DNA from: Acidobacteriaceae bacterium
GTDB taxonomy: Bacteria; Acidobacteriota; Terriglobia; Terriglobales; Acidobacteriaceae
Assembly: GCA_027449965.1 (NCBI GenBank)
Contig: DAIDKP010000009.1
Span: 2,753 to 66,752 of the forward strand
DNA length: 64,000 nt
Direction of reading: 5' to 3'
The notes beneath the pieces were generated by a model that worked only from the letters and a program-made list of their open reading frames with translations, had not been told where the DNA came from and made no database searches. A program made the position numbers and the translations under genes. Positions 26,754 to 35,511 of this stretch are shown one piece after another (position 1 is the first letter of the stretch; every line of letters begins with the position of its first letter).

Positions 26754-27602
26754 TTACCAGGTGTGCAGCCACTCGCCGTCGTGGCCGATGCGGACTTCGG
26801 CGCGAAAGAGATCGCTGAGCGTGGGGGCGGTGAGCAGCGTGTGACGCGGACCGTCGGCGACGATGCGCCCATCGCGCATGAGTAGCACGCGCTCGATCTC
26901 CGGGAAGATATCGGCCAGATGATGGGTGACGAGGATGATGCCGATGCCGTCGGCGGCGAGGCGGCGGAGCGCTTCGCGCAGCTCGCGCTGGGCGGCGATG
27001 TCAAGGGCGTTGGATGGCTCGTCAAGGAGCAGTTGGCGCGGACGGTGAACGAGCGCACGGGCGATGAGGATGCGGCGTTTTTCGCCTGCCGACATTTCGC
27101 CGACAAAGCGCTGCGCGAGATGTGTGGCGTCGATGCGGGCGAGCGCGTGGTGTGCGGCCTCGCGCATGGCTGCGGTGATCTCCAGATGAGGCCAGAGCGT
27201 GGAAGCGCCAAAGAAGCCGGCCAGCGTGGCGTCGAGGCCGGTGGTGCGCGCGGTCAGGCATCCGGCGGTGTCGGCGGTGCGCGAGTAGCCCTGATGGCCG
27301 GGAAGGTTGTCGGAGACGACGCCGAAGTGGCGGCGAAGCTGGTTGAGATCCCAGCGTGGACGGCCAAAGATGCGCAGTTCGGTGCCGGGCAGCACGAGCG
27401 GATAGAGTTCGCAGGTGAGTGTGCGGATGAGTGTGGACTTGCCGCAGCCGTTGGGGCCAAGGATGGCGATGTGTTCGCCGGCGCGGATGGTGAGCGAGAG
27501 ATCGTGCAGGACTTTGCGCTCGCCCAGAGTGACGGTGACGTGGCGCATTTCCAGGAAGGTTTCAGCGGAGGGTTCAGAGGGGATCGATGCAGAGCTGCTC
27601 AC
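26754..27602 (-). CDS. Stand-alone ABC ATP-binding protein (ModF-like)
   Basis: GPNGCGKST, MSAGEKRR, LLLDEP, LVTHH. GTG start at 27602. Confidence 0.8.
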   Translation of the reverse strand: MSSSASIPSEPSAETFLEMRHVTVTLGERKVLHDLSLTIRAGEHIAILGPNGCGKSTLIRTLTCELYPLVLPGTELRIFGRPRWDLNQLRRHFGVVSDNLPGHQGYSRTADTAGCLTARTTGLDATLAGFFGASTLWPHLEITAAMREAAHHALARIDATHLAQRFVGEMSAGEKRRILIARALVHRPRQLLLDEPSNALDIAAQRELREALRRLAADGIGIILVTHHLADIFPEIERVLLMRDGRIVADGPRHTLLTAPTLSDLFRAEVRIGHDGEWLHTW

Positions 27603-27620
27603 TTTGTTAGAGTAAACGGG
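27603..27620. promoter_or_regulatory. Symmetric bidirectional -10 element, leaderless in both directions
   Basis: Plus TAGAGT(27608-13)-N7-ATG; minus TACTCT(27614-09)-N6-GTG. Confidence 0.6.
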
Positions 27621-28832
27621 ATGAGCGATCTGACGAGACTGATGATTCCGCGGGGCTTTCGCTTTGCGGCGGCGACGGCTGGGCTGAAGGCAAGCGGACG
27701 ACCGGATTTTGCGTTGATTGTGGCGGACAAAGCGGCCAGTGCCGCGGCGATGTACACGGCAAACAAGGTGTGCGCGGCACCGCTGGTGCTGGACCGCGAA
27801 CACATGACGGCGACCGGAGGGCGAGTGCGCGTGGCGGCGATCAACGCCGGCAATGCCAACTGCGCTACGGGGCAGGTGGGCATTGACGCGGCCAGGCGCG
27901 TGTGTCAGGCGGCGGCGGAGCGGTTTGGCTGCCGCGCCGAAGAGGTGTTTCCGTCTTCGACGGGCATTATCGGGGTGCCGCTTGATGCGGATAAGCTGGT
28001 GCGCGCGCTGGGGTCGATGGAAGCTGCGCTGGGCGCGGATGTGGAGGATTTTCATGCTGTGGCGCAGGCGATTCTGACCACGGATACGGTGGAGAAGACG
28101 GCTTTTGCACGGGTCTTTCGCGATGGCGCGGAGATTCGCATCGCCGGTCTGTGCAAGGGTTCCGGCATGATCCATCCACAGCTTGTGCCCCATGCGACGA
28201 TGCTGGCCTATGTGATGACGGATGCGGCGGTGAAGCCGGAGGTTTTGCAGGCGATGTTGCAGGGCGCGGCGGAGCACAGCTTCAATCGTATCTCGGTGGA
28301 TGGCGACACCTCGACCAACGACACGGTGCTGGCGTTGGCGTCGGGAGTGAGTGGCGTTGCGATTGAGGCCGGAGATGCGGAGTTTCAGGCGGCGCTGGAG
28401 CAGGTGATGGTTTCACTGGCGCGGCAGATTGTGGCGGATGGTGAAGGTGTACGCCATGTGGTTGAGCTGCGCATTGAGGGCGCGGCGACGGAGGCCGATG
28501 CGGTGCGCGTGGCCAGAGCGATTGCGCACTCGCCGCTGGTGAAGACGGCGTGGGCTGGGTGCGATCCAAACTGGGGTCGGCTGATGGCGGCGATTGGCTA
28601 CTCAGGCGCGGCGATCGAGCCGGAGCGCCTGGAGATCGATTTTGGCGAACTGGCGATCTGTCGCGCAGGGGGTCGCGCGGCGGAGATGGATGTGGCGGCG
28701 GCGCACGCGTACCTGAAGCAGGCGGAGTTTGCGGTGACGGTGCGGCTGGGCATGGGCGAGGCGCGCTGCACCTTCTGGACGACCGACCTGACGGCGGAGT
28801 ATGTGCAGATCAATGCGGATTATTCAACGTAA
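27621..28832 (+). CDS. argJ: Ornithine acetyltransferase / N-acetylglutamate synthase
   Basis: GLKASG..D, INAGNANCATG, STGIIG, AILTTDT, KGSGMIHP...ATML, DGDTSTNDT, DGEG, NWGR, DLT.EYVQINADYST. Confidence 0.95.
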   Translation: MSDLTRLMIPRGFRFAAATAGLKASGRPDFALIVADKAASAAAMYTANKVCAAPLVLDREHMTATGGRVRVAAINAGNANCATGQVGIDAARRVCQAAAERFGCRAEEVFPSSTGIIGVPLDADKLVRALGSMEAALGADVEDFHAVAQAILTTDTVEKTAFARVFRDGAEIRIAGLCKGSGMIHPQLVPHATMLAYVMTDAAVKPEVLQAMLQGAAEHSFNRISVDGDTSTNDTVLALASGVSGVAIEAGDAEFQAALEQVMVSLARQIVADGEGVRHVVELRIEGAATEADAVRVARAIAHSPLVKTAWAGCDPNWGRLMAAIGYSGAAIEPERLEIDFGELAICRAGGRAAEMDVAAAHAYLKQAEFAVTVRLGMGEARCTFWTTDLTAEYVQINADYST

Positions 28833-28905
28833 GCTGAATTGCGGGTCCAACGTGGTTTTGTCAGGTCGAGTGTGACTCAATCCATGGTTTATTCCCGCCT
28901 TTGGA

Positions 28906-28934
28906 TTGACCCTCGAAGTGGCGTTCAGTAGAGT
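28906..28934 (+). promoter_or_regulatory. sigma70-type promoter, probably leaderless, for wzi-like gene
   Basis: TTGACC-N17-TAGAGT-N6-ATG(28941), no SD. Confidence 0.7.
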
Positions 28935-28940
28935 GAACCC

Positions 28941-30737
28941 ATGGCATTCTTTGCAGGAAACAGAATCAGACGGTCATGGGTGATTTCATTGGCCGGATTG
29001 CTGGCCACAGGCATGACGCTGAGCTTGCAGGCGGAGACGCCGGGCGCGGCGAGCGAAGCAGCGAACATGGCCAGCGGCGCAGGGGCTGCTGGCGGGCAGG
29101 TGACAGCGGCACCGTGTGATCTGGCGCCACAGGGTTCGCCGTATATTCCGCTGAACTTCTGGCTGTATCCGGCTTTGACGCGTCTGTACTCGCTGGGATA
29201 TCTGGACCCGGCGTTTCTGGGCCTGAGGCCGTGGACACGGCTGAGCGTGGTGCACATGCTGGAGAATACCTCGGCCAGGCTGGAGGATGCGCCGGACACA
29301 GCAGGCAACGAGGAGGCGCGCGGCATCTATGACGCTTTGATGAAGGAACTGAACATCGATGCCGAGGGTCCGTGCGGGAAATATCGCGGGGAGTTCCGCG
29401 TGGAATCGACGTATTCGGTGGAGCGCGGGATCAGCGGAACGCCGCTCCATGACAGCTACCATCTGGGCCAGACGATAGTGAACGACTATGGACGTCCGGT
29501 CGAGGGCGGCTTTGACGACTACTCCGGGGCGAGCGGGTATGCGGTCTCCGGGCCGTGGACGCTGTATCTGAGGACGGAGTTGCAGTATGCGCCGTCAGCG
29601 ACAGGCTACTCGTATTCGCTGTACAGCACGCTTTCTCAGGATGACAACGTTCCGCCGGTGGGCAACGAAGCGCAGGCAACGATTCCGCTGGGGCCAATCG
29701 CCACCAAGGCGGATACGCGTTTGCTCGAAGGCTATCTGTCAGTGCATGTTCTAGGGCACGATATTTCTTTTGGCAAGCAGGATCAGTGGTGGGGGCCGGC
29801 GGCCAGCGGCGCGTATGCCTACTCCAACAATGCGCAGAATATCTATTCGTTTGAAATCAATCGCTCGGAGCCTCTGCGGGTTCCGCTGCTTTCGCGGCTG
29901 ACGGGGCCGTTTCGCTATGAGTTTATCGTTGGCTCGCTGAAAGGACATACCCTTTTCAACGATCCGTGGGTTCATGCGGAGAAGATCAGCATGAAGCCGA
30001 CGCGGAACTTTGAGGTTGGCTTTGAGCGAACGGCGATCTGGGGCGGCGAAGGCCATGTGCCGATTACGATTCACTCCTTTTTGAAGAGTTTTTTCAGTTT
30101 CCAGAATGTTTCCTATGCAGAGAAGATTTCGCGCAACGATCCCGGCGCTCGTTTTGGCGCCTTTGATGTGAACTATCGAATGCCTTTTCTGCGGAACTGG
30201 CTGACCTTTATTGTGGACTCTGAAGCACATGATGACGTGTCGCCGGTTTCTGCGCCGCGCCGCGCTGATTTTACAACCGGATTTTATCTTTCGCATGTGC
30301 CGCGATTGCCGAAGCTGGATGCGCGCGTGGAAGCGATCATGGACGATCAATCGACCTCACGTAGTGTCGGTGGCCAGTTTACCTACTATGAAGGCGAGGT
30401 GCCGCAAGGATATACCAACCAGGGACAGATCTTTGGCCACTGGATGGGACGCGAAGGCAAAGGTGGTGAGGCGTGGTCGACGTGGCACTTCAATCCGAAG
30501 GAGTGGATTACGGTGAACTGGCGTCGGCAGAAGAATGCCAAGGACTTCATTCCTGGCGGCACGACGCTCGATGACTATGGCGTGCAGGTGGTCAAGCGGA
30601 TTACGCCGGAGATCGAACTGGACGGAACGTTTACCTATGAGGGATACAAAGCGCCAATCTATCTGCCAGGCACGCAGAGAGTAACGGCGACAACGATCCA
30701 GTTGACGTGGTTTCCAACGCGGAAGGTGAGCTTCTGA
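28941..30737 (+). CDS. Capsule assembly Wzi-family outer-membrane protein
   Basis: Signal peptide; RPWTR; FGKQDQWWGP.....YSNNA; beta-barrel-like C-terminus ending in Phe. Confidence 0.8.
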   Translation: MAFFAGNRIRRSWVISLAGLLATGMTLSLQAETPGAASEAANMASGAGAAGGQVTAAPCDLAPQGSPYIPLNFWLYPALTRLYSLGYLDPAFLGLRPWTRLSVVHMLENTSARLEDAPDTAGNEEARGIYDALMKELNIDAEGPCGKYRGEFRVESTYSVERGISGTPLHDSYHLGQTIVNDYGRPVEGGFDDYSGASGYAVSGPWTLYLRTELQYAPSATGYSYSLYSTLSQDDNVPPVGNEAQATIPLGPIATKADTRLLEGYLSVHVLGHDISFGKQDQWWGPAASGAYAYSNNAQNIYSFEINRSEPLRVPLLSRLTGPFRYEFIVGSLKGHTLFNDPWVHAEKISMKPTRNFEVGFERTAIWGGEGHVPITIHSFLKSFFSFQNVSYAEKISRNDPGARFGAFDVNYRMPFLRNWLTFIVDSEAHDDVSPVSAPRRADFTTGFYLSHVPRLPKLDARVEAIMDDQSTSRSVGGQFTYYEGEVPQGYTNQGQIFGHWMGREGKGGEAWSTWHFNPKEWITVNWRRQKNAKDFIPGGTTLDDYGVQVVKRITPEIELDGTFTYEGYKAPIYLPGTQRVTATTIQLTWFPTRKVSF

Positions 30738-30768
30738 GGGCGAAATCGCAGGTGGAAATCGGACAGAC

Positions 30769-30808
30769 AAACTCCGGGCGGATCGACTTCGATCCGCCCG
30801 GAGTTTTT
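30769..30808. terminator. Bidirectional intrinsic terminator
   Basis: Perfect 18-bp inverted repeat AAACTCCGGGCGGATCGA-CT-TCGATCCGCCCGGAGTTT(TT) between convergent genes. Confidence 0.85.
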
Positions 30809-30834
30809 GCACAGGGTGATTGCTGAGTCGTCGA

Positions 30835-31956
30835 TCAGGCGAGCATCTGGATGCCTGCGGTGCTGTAGAGGCGTGTGATGTATTCCATGTCGCGCAAACC
30901 TTCTTCGCCGGGAGTTTTGGGCGTCTGGTTATGGCGGACGCAGTGGGAGAAGTGATTGGCCTGCGCGGTGAACTGGTAGGGGTCTTTCTGCAGATTGGGC
31001 TCGTCAAGCGAGACCCATTTGCCCGAGGCGTCCTGATATTCGGCCTGGAGACGCAGGCCGTCGTAGTTGTAGGATGGGCGCGCTTCGATCCAGCCGCGCG
31101 AGCCGTAGACGTGGAAATAGCCGTCCATGCGGGAGCCGTAGGTCGTGTTGCAGCTGGCAACCACGCCGGAGGGAAATTTGGTGTTCCAAACGAGATTTTC
31201 CTCCACCTGGCGGAAACGCGGATCGGCAGGATCGCTGAAAGCGTAGGCGTGCAGGTCGGAGGGTTCTTCGCCGGTGAGGTAGCGCGTAGCGTTCAGGCAG
31301 TAGATGCCGACATCCATGAGCGGTCCACCGCCGGCGAGTTTTTTATTGATTCGCCACTCGGTGGCTCCAATATCGAAGCCGAAGGCGCTTTGAATGGACT
31401 CGACCTTGCCGATGGCTCCGCTGCGGATGAGGCTGACGGCTTTCAGGTTGGTCGGCTCATAGTGGCAGCGGTAGGCGATCATGAGCTTGACGTTGGCCTG
31501 CTTGCAGGCGTCGATCATGGCGTGAGCTTCTGCAACGTTGATGCACATGGGCTTTTCGCAGAGGACGTGCTTGCCGGCTTTGGCCGAACGTATGGTGTAT
31601 TCGGCGTGCATACTGTTGGGCAGGGCGACGTAGACGGCATCGACGTTGGGATTGTCACGGAAGCTGTCCATATTCTCGTAGTTGTAGATGGAAGAGTGGG
31701 GAACGCCGTACTTGTCCGCGTAGCGCGCGGCTTTGTCCGGATGGCCGCTGACGAGAGCTGTGACCTTGGAGTTGGGGCTGTGCTGGATGCCGTCCATGAA
31801 GTGGTCTGCGATGCGCCCGAGGCCGATGATGGCGTAGCCAACGGGCTTGTCTGAAGACGTAGCCTGCTCAGAGGACTGAGCGAGGAGCGGCGGCGCGAAA
31901 CGTGAGGCAAGAGCGGCAGCGCCCAGCGCTGTGAACTGGCGACGTGTGAACGACAT
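30835..31956 (-). CDS. Tat-exported Gfo/Idh/MocA oxidoreductase (glucose-fructose oxidoreductase-like)
   Basis: SFTRRQF twin-Arg; GLGRI; DAVYVALPN..H; HVLCEKP; GGGPLMDVGIY. Confidence 0.9.
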   Translation of the reverse strand: MSFTRRQFTALGAAALASRFAPPLLAQSSEQATSSDKPVGYAIIGLGRIADHFMDGIQHSPNSKVTALVSGHPDKAARYADKYGVPHSSIYNYENMDSFRDNPNVDAVYVALPNSMHAEYTIRSAKAGKHVLCEKPMCINVAEAHAMIDACKQANVKLMIAYRCHYEPTNLKAVSLIRSGAIGKVESIQSAFGFDIGATEWRINKKLAGGGPLMDVGIYCLNATRYLTGEEPSDLHAYAFSDPADPRFRQVEENLVWNTKFPSGVVASCNTTYGSRMDGYFHVYGSRGWIEARPSYNYDGLRLQAEYQDASGKWVSLDEPNLQKDPYQFTAQANHFSHCVRHNQTPKTPGEEGLRDMEYITRLYSTAGIQMLA

Positions 31957-32248
31957 GGGAGACTCCTTTGCGGTCCGGAGGCTGTCCGGAGAGAATGGCG
32001 TGAGGCTTCAGCAAACAAACGATTGATAACGCGAGCGAGGGTGGTTCTGGTTGCGCGTCGAGTATACGCGTGCTGCGCTCTGGCTGACAAAGGGCACTGC
32101 CATGCGGCCACTGCGCGTTCGCGCGACGGCGCTTCCGTTGGTCAAGGGGTGGGGGTTGTAGCCGGATGTGGAGGGTGATGGAAAAGACAAGTATGAATCG
32201 CCGACGGGAGGAAACCAAGGCCATGCCACTTTGGGTACACTCAGTACG

Positions 32249-32764
32249 ATGCGGGTGATGGGGATCGATTGCGGGACGGAGGTTACGGGCTGGGGGGTGG
32301 TGGAAAGCGACCCAGAGGCTCGTTCGCCGATGCTGGTTTGCCGCGGCTATGGGGTGGTACGGCTGGCCAAGCCGAAGTCGCTGCCTCTGCGCTTGAGGCA
32401 GGTGTTTGAGGAACTCTCGGAAAAGATCGCACACTTTTCGCCGGATGTGGTGGCGATTGAGGAAGTGTTTTATTCGGTGAATGCGAAGTCTGCGCTGAAG
32501 CTGGGGCAGGTGCGCGGGGTTGCGCTGCTTGCGGCTGGAGTGGCGGAGTTGCCTGTGGCCGAATATGCACCGCTCAGCATCAAGTCGGCGGTGGTGGGCT
32601 ATGGTTTGGCGGGCAAGGAGCAGGTGCAGTTCATGGTGGCGCGGCTGCTTGCGCTGGACAAGATTCCCGAGCCGGCCGATGCCGCCGATGCGCTGGCAAT
32701 CGCGATCTGCCATCTGCATACGGCTGAGACGCAGGCGATGCATCAGGCTCCGAGCCGTAGATAG
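32249..32764 (+). CDS. ruvC: Holliday junction resolvase
   Basis: MRVMGIDCG, AIEEVF, LGQVRGV, VVGYG.A.KEQV, DAADALAIA. TACACT-N7-ATG. Confidence 0.95.
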   Translation: MRVMGIDCGTEVTGWGVVESDPEARSPMLVCRGYGVVRLAKPKSLPLRLRQVFEELSEKIAHFSPDVVAIEEVFYSVNAKSALKLGQVRGVALLAAGVAELPVAEYAPLSIKSAVVGYGLAGKEQVQFMVARLLALDKIPEPADAADALAIAICHLHTAETQAMHQAPSRR

Positions 32765-32899
32765 GCGAGCTGATGGGCAAACCGGCAGGCGAGCGTTGCA
32801 GGGCAATGCTGCGTCCTTGCAGCGAACTCCATGGTGAGTGAGAGTATGGTGATGACCGGTGAGCTGTGCATCGCGGCGGCAGGATTTCGCTGATTTGGA

Positions 32900-32928
32900 G
32901 CAACTTTTCGCCCGGAACTTTGGTCTGA
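32900..32928 (+). promoter_or_regulatory. Candidate ECF promoter for FecR/DUF6600 gene
   Basis: GCAACT-N17-GTCTGA; shares GCAACTTTT with the cassette-1 promoter. Confidence 0.5.
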
Positions 32929-32950
32929 GCAGAGAGACAGCGCGCCGAGG

Positions 32951-34507
32951 ATGGCGATACGGCGACAAGGAGCATGCATGAGAGGGAAGAGTTGCATCGA
33001 GATGGTTCGCTGGCGCGCTGGCGCTTTTGCACTGGTGGCCGCGATGACGCTGACCATGGCCTGCCAGGCGCAAAGCCCGGATAACAGCAGTGGCAGTGGT
33101 GCAAGTGGCGGCAACGCGCGCGCAGCTCGGCTGAGCAGTGTGGATGGGCAGGTGCAGGTGGTGGTCGATGGCCAGATCGTTGCAGATCCGGCATATGTGA
33201 ATCTGCCGCTTTTTGAAGGCTCTCAGGTGGTGACGCGCAATGACGGACGAGCTGAAATTCAGACCGACGACGGCAACATCGTTCGCGTGACGCCGAATAG
33301 CACTGTGACGTTGACGGCGCTGGCTGGATCACAAGGCGACACGAAGACGGAAGTGGTGGTCAACGCCGGGCAGGTGTACTTTGAGTTGCAGCCAAGCACC
33401 GACAATCGGCGTGTTCGGATGGACTTTGGAGCGACGAGCGTCGTTCCCGGCGCGTTCAGCGTGCTGCGCGTGAACTATGACATGGATCCGGGCGTAATGG
33501 CGGTCTTTTCCGGGCAGGTGCATGTGACGCGCGGCGACAATCTGATGGTGGACGCGCATGGAGGCCAGACACTGAGTCTGGACCCCAGCGACCCATCGGC
33601 GTATAACATGACCGACTCGATTCAGCCGGACTCGTGGGACCAGTGGAATACCGACCGCGACAATGCAGCGATGGCTGCGCAGTCGGCGAAGACACCGGCC
33701 AGCGCGCAGTTGAGCGGCGAGGAAGCGACAGGCGTAAGCGATCTGGATGCGAACGGCAACTGGTATGACGTGCCGGGTCAGGGATATGTGTGGTCGCCGT
33801 ATGATGCGCAGGGCGCAGGGGAAAACTGGGATCCGTATGGATATGGTTACTGGACGAGTTATCCGGGCGCGGGCTATGTGTGGATTTCCGGCTATAACTG
33901 GGGCTACGCGCCGTACAACTGCGGAAGCTGGAATTTCTATGGCGGCTTTGGGTGGGGGTGGAATCCACGCGGGGGGTGCAATCCGTGGTGGCGTCGCCGA
34001 CGCTGGGCAGCCAACATGGGCAATGTGCCGGGTGATTATCGTCTGCCGATGAGGCCACGCGGGCCAACAGGAACGGGCGTAGCGCGCGTGGTGGCGACTG
34101 GAGGATTGCCGGGCGCAGCGAGGCCGCTGCGCTACAAACCGGTTCTGGTGGATCGCAGGCCGTCGAGTGGCGTGAATGCGTATCTGGGATTTCATCCTGG
34201 ACAGCCGATGCTGGCAGGCGGTCAACTGATCTCGCCCATGAAGACGATTGCGGCAAGAACCTCGTATATGCGGTCGTACACGTATCTGAGTGACCGGACG
34301 CCGAGTTCGGTGAAGCAGGGAATTGATGGTGGGCGGCTGGCGTATGCTCCGGGCGGCATCCGTTCACCCTACTCTCACGCGACATCGATGAGTGGGACGC
34401 GGCCTACAACGGGCCATGGCTCGTACTACAGTGGCACGCACGGCGGAGCGATGCACATGGGCGGAGGAATGCCGCATGGCAGCGTGAGCGGCGGCTCGCA
34501 TCACTGA
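32951..34507 (+). CDS. FecR-like beta-domain + DUF6600-like Gly/Trp/Tyr-rich exported protein
   Basis: Signal peptide; ARLSSVDGQVQV...GRAEI..DDG..VR..PNS; LDANGNWYDVPGQGYVWSP, WGYAPYNCGSW; low-complexity tail. Confidence 0.7.
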   Translation: MAIRRQGACMRGKSCIEMVRWRAGAFALVAAMTLTMACQAQSPDNSSGSGASGGNARAARLSSVDGQVQVVVDGQIVADPAYVNLPLFEGSQVVTRNDGRAEIQTDDGNIVRVTPNSTVTLTALAGSQGDTKTEVVVNAGQVYFELQPSTDNRRVRMDFGATSVVPGAFSVLRVNYDMDPGVMAVFSGQVHVTRGDNLMVDAHGGQTLSLDPSDPSAYNMTDSIQPDSWDQWNTDRDNAAMAAQSAKTPASAQLSGEEATGVSDLDANGNWYDVPGQGYVWSPYDAQGAGENWDPYGYGYWTSYPGAGYVWISGYNWGYAPYNCGSWNFYGGFGWGWNPRGGCNPWWRRRRWAANMGNVPGDYRLPMRPRGPTGTGVARVVATGGLPGAARPLRYKPVLVDRRPSSGVNAYLGFHPGQPMLAGGQLISPMKTIAARTSYMRSYTYLSDRTPSSVKQGIDGGRLAYAPGGIRSPYSHATSMSGTRPTTGHGSYYSGTHGGAMHMGGGMPHGSVSGGSHH

Positions 34508-35358
34508 GTGGCGGTCAATGCATGATGGAGCGCGGCGAATTGGTCAGGCGATAGCTCCTCGGCGCGGGCCTGAGCCGGTGTGCGGGTCTGGTCCAGCGCT
34601 CGTGCAATGTGGGCTGAGGTATATCCGGCAGCGCGGAGATTGTTGGCCAGCGTCTTGCGCTTCTGTGCAAAGGCGGATTTGAGCAGTCTGGAGAACGGTG
34701 CAGCCTCCAGTCCCAGAGCCTGGAAACGAGGGGCAAATCTCCAGCGGAAGACGGTCGAGTGGACCTCCGGCGGCGGCGAAAATGCTTCTGGCGGAAGCGT
34801 GAAAAGTGGCGTGGCTGCGCCGTGGAGCGCGCACAGTACGGTCAGCAGTCCATAGTCACGCGAGCCGGGGAGCGCGGTCACGCGGTCGGCTACTTCTCGC
34901 TGCACCATAAGCACGGCTGAGTCGAGGACGGGCGCTGTCGAGGGATCGGCAGGGGAATGAGCTGCGTGGGCCAGGTGCATCAGGATGGGCGAGGTGATGT
35001 AGTAGGGCAGGTTGCCGACGATGAGCAGCGGCTGGCCGACCTGGCGTGAAGCGGCGGCAAAGTCGAAGGTGAGCACATCCTGCTCGACGATCTCGACCTT
35101 GGCCTGCGCGCCCCGGGTCTGCATGGTCTGAGCCTGCGTCAGGACGAAGCGTTCGCGGAGTGCAGCGACCAATGTGGGATCGATCTCGACCGCGATCAGC
35201 CGCTCGGCGCGTGTGGCCAGCCGCTCGGTGATGGCTCCGCGACCGGGGCCGATCTCAACGACGGTGCGTTGGTCGAGTGGTCCAAGGGCATCGACAATGC
35301 GCTCGATGGCGGCGTGGTCGTGGAGGAAGTTTTGTCCGAGTCTGGATTTGGGCGGCAG
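34501..35358 (-). CDS. rsmA: 16S rRNA m6,2A1518/1519 dimethyltransferase, CTG start
   Basis: In-frame extension of the ORF-track ORF gives LPPKSRLGQNFL...VVEIGPGRG..T...VEID; GNLPYYIT; MVQREVA; FSPPPEVHS; QKRKTLANNL; RAEEL. Confidence 0.9.
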   Translation of the reverse strand: MPPKSRLGQNFLHDHAAIERIVDALGPLDQRTVVEIGPGRGAITERLATRAERLIAVEIDPTLVAALRERFVLTQAQTMQTRGAQAKVEIVEQDVLTFDFAAASRQVGQPLLIVGNLPYYITSPILMHLAHAAHSPADPSTAPVLDSAVLMVQREVADRVTALPGSRDYGLLTVLCALHGAATPLFTLPPEAFSPPPEVHSTVFRWRFAPRFQALGLEAAPFSRLLKSAFAQKRKTLANNLRAAGYTSAHIARALDQTRTPAQARAEELSPDQFAALHHALTATQ

Positions 35359-35511
35359 TGTGTGTCTCCGTATCCGGGAAAGCCGGGAATCGCTATTGTT
35401 TGGGAATCGTCTTCCGGTTGCGCCGCATCAGGCGTAGTAGACTTGGCGTTTGAGCGATGCCGCGCAAGGCGTGAGCCAAAGCGACAGCCAGGTTGGTGAA
35501 GGAGCGTACCG

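Noticed and set aside
26754-28832. Long mutually overlapping ORFs 26754-28277 (-) and 26919-28832 (+)
   Set aside because: Each extension is antisense read-through of the other gene; homology begins at about 27602 and 27621.
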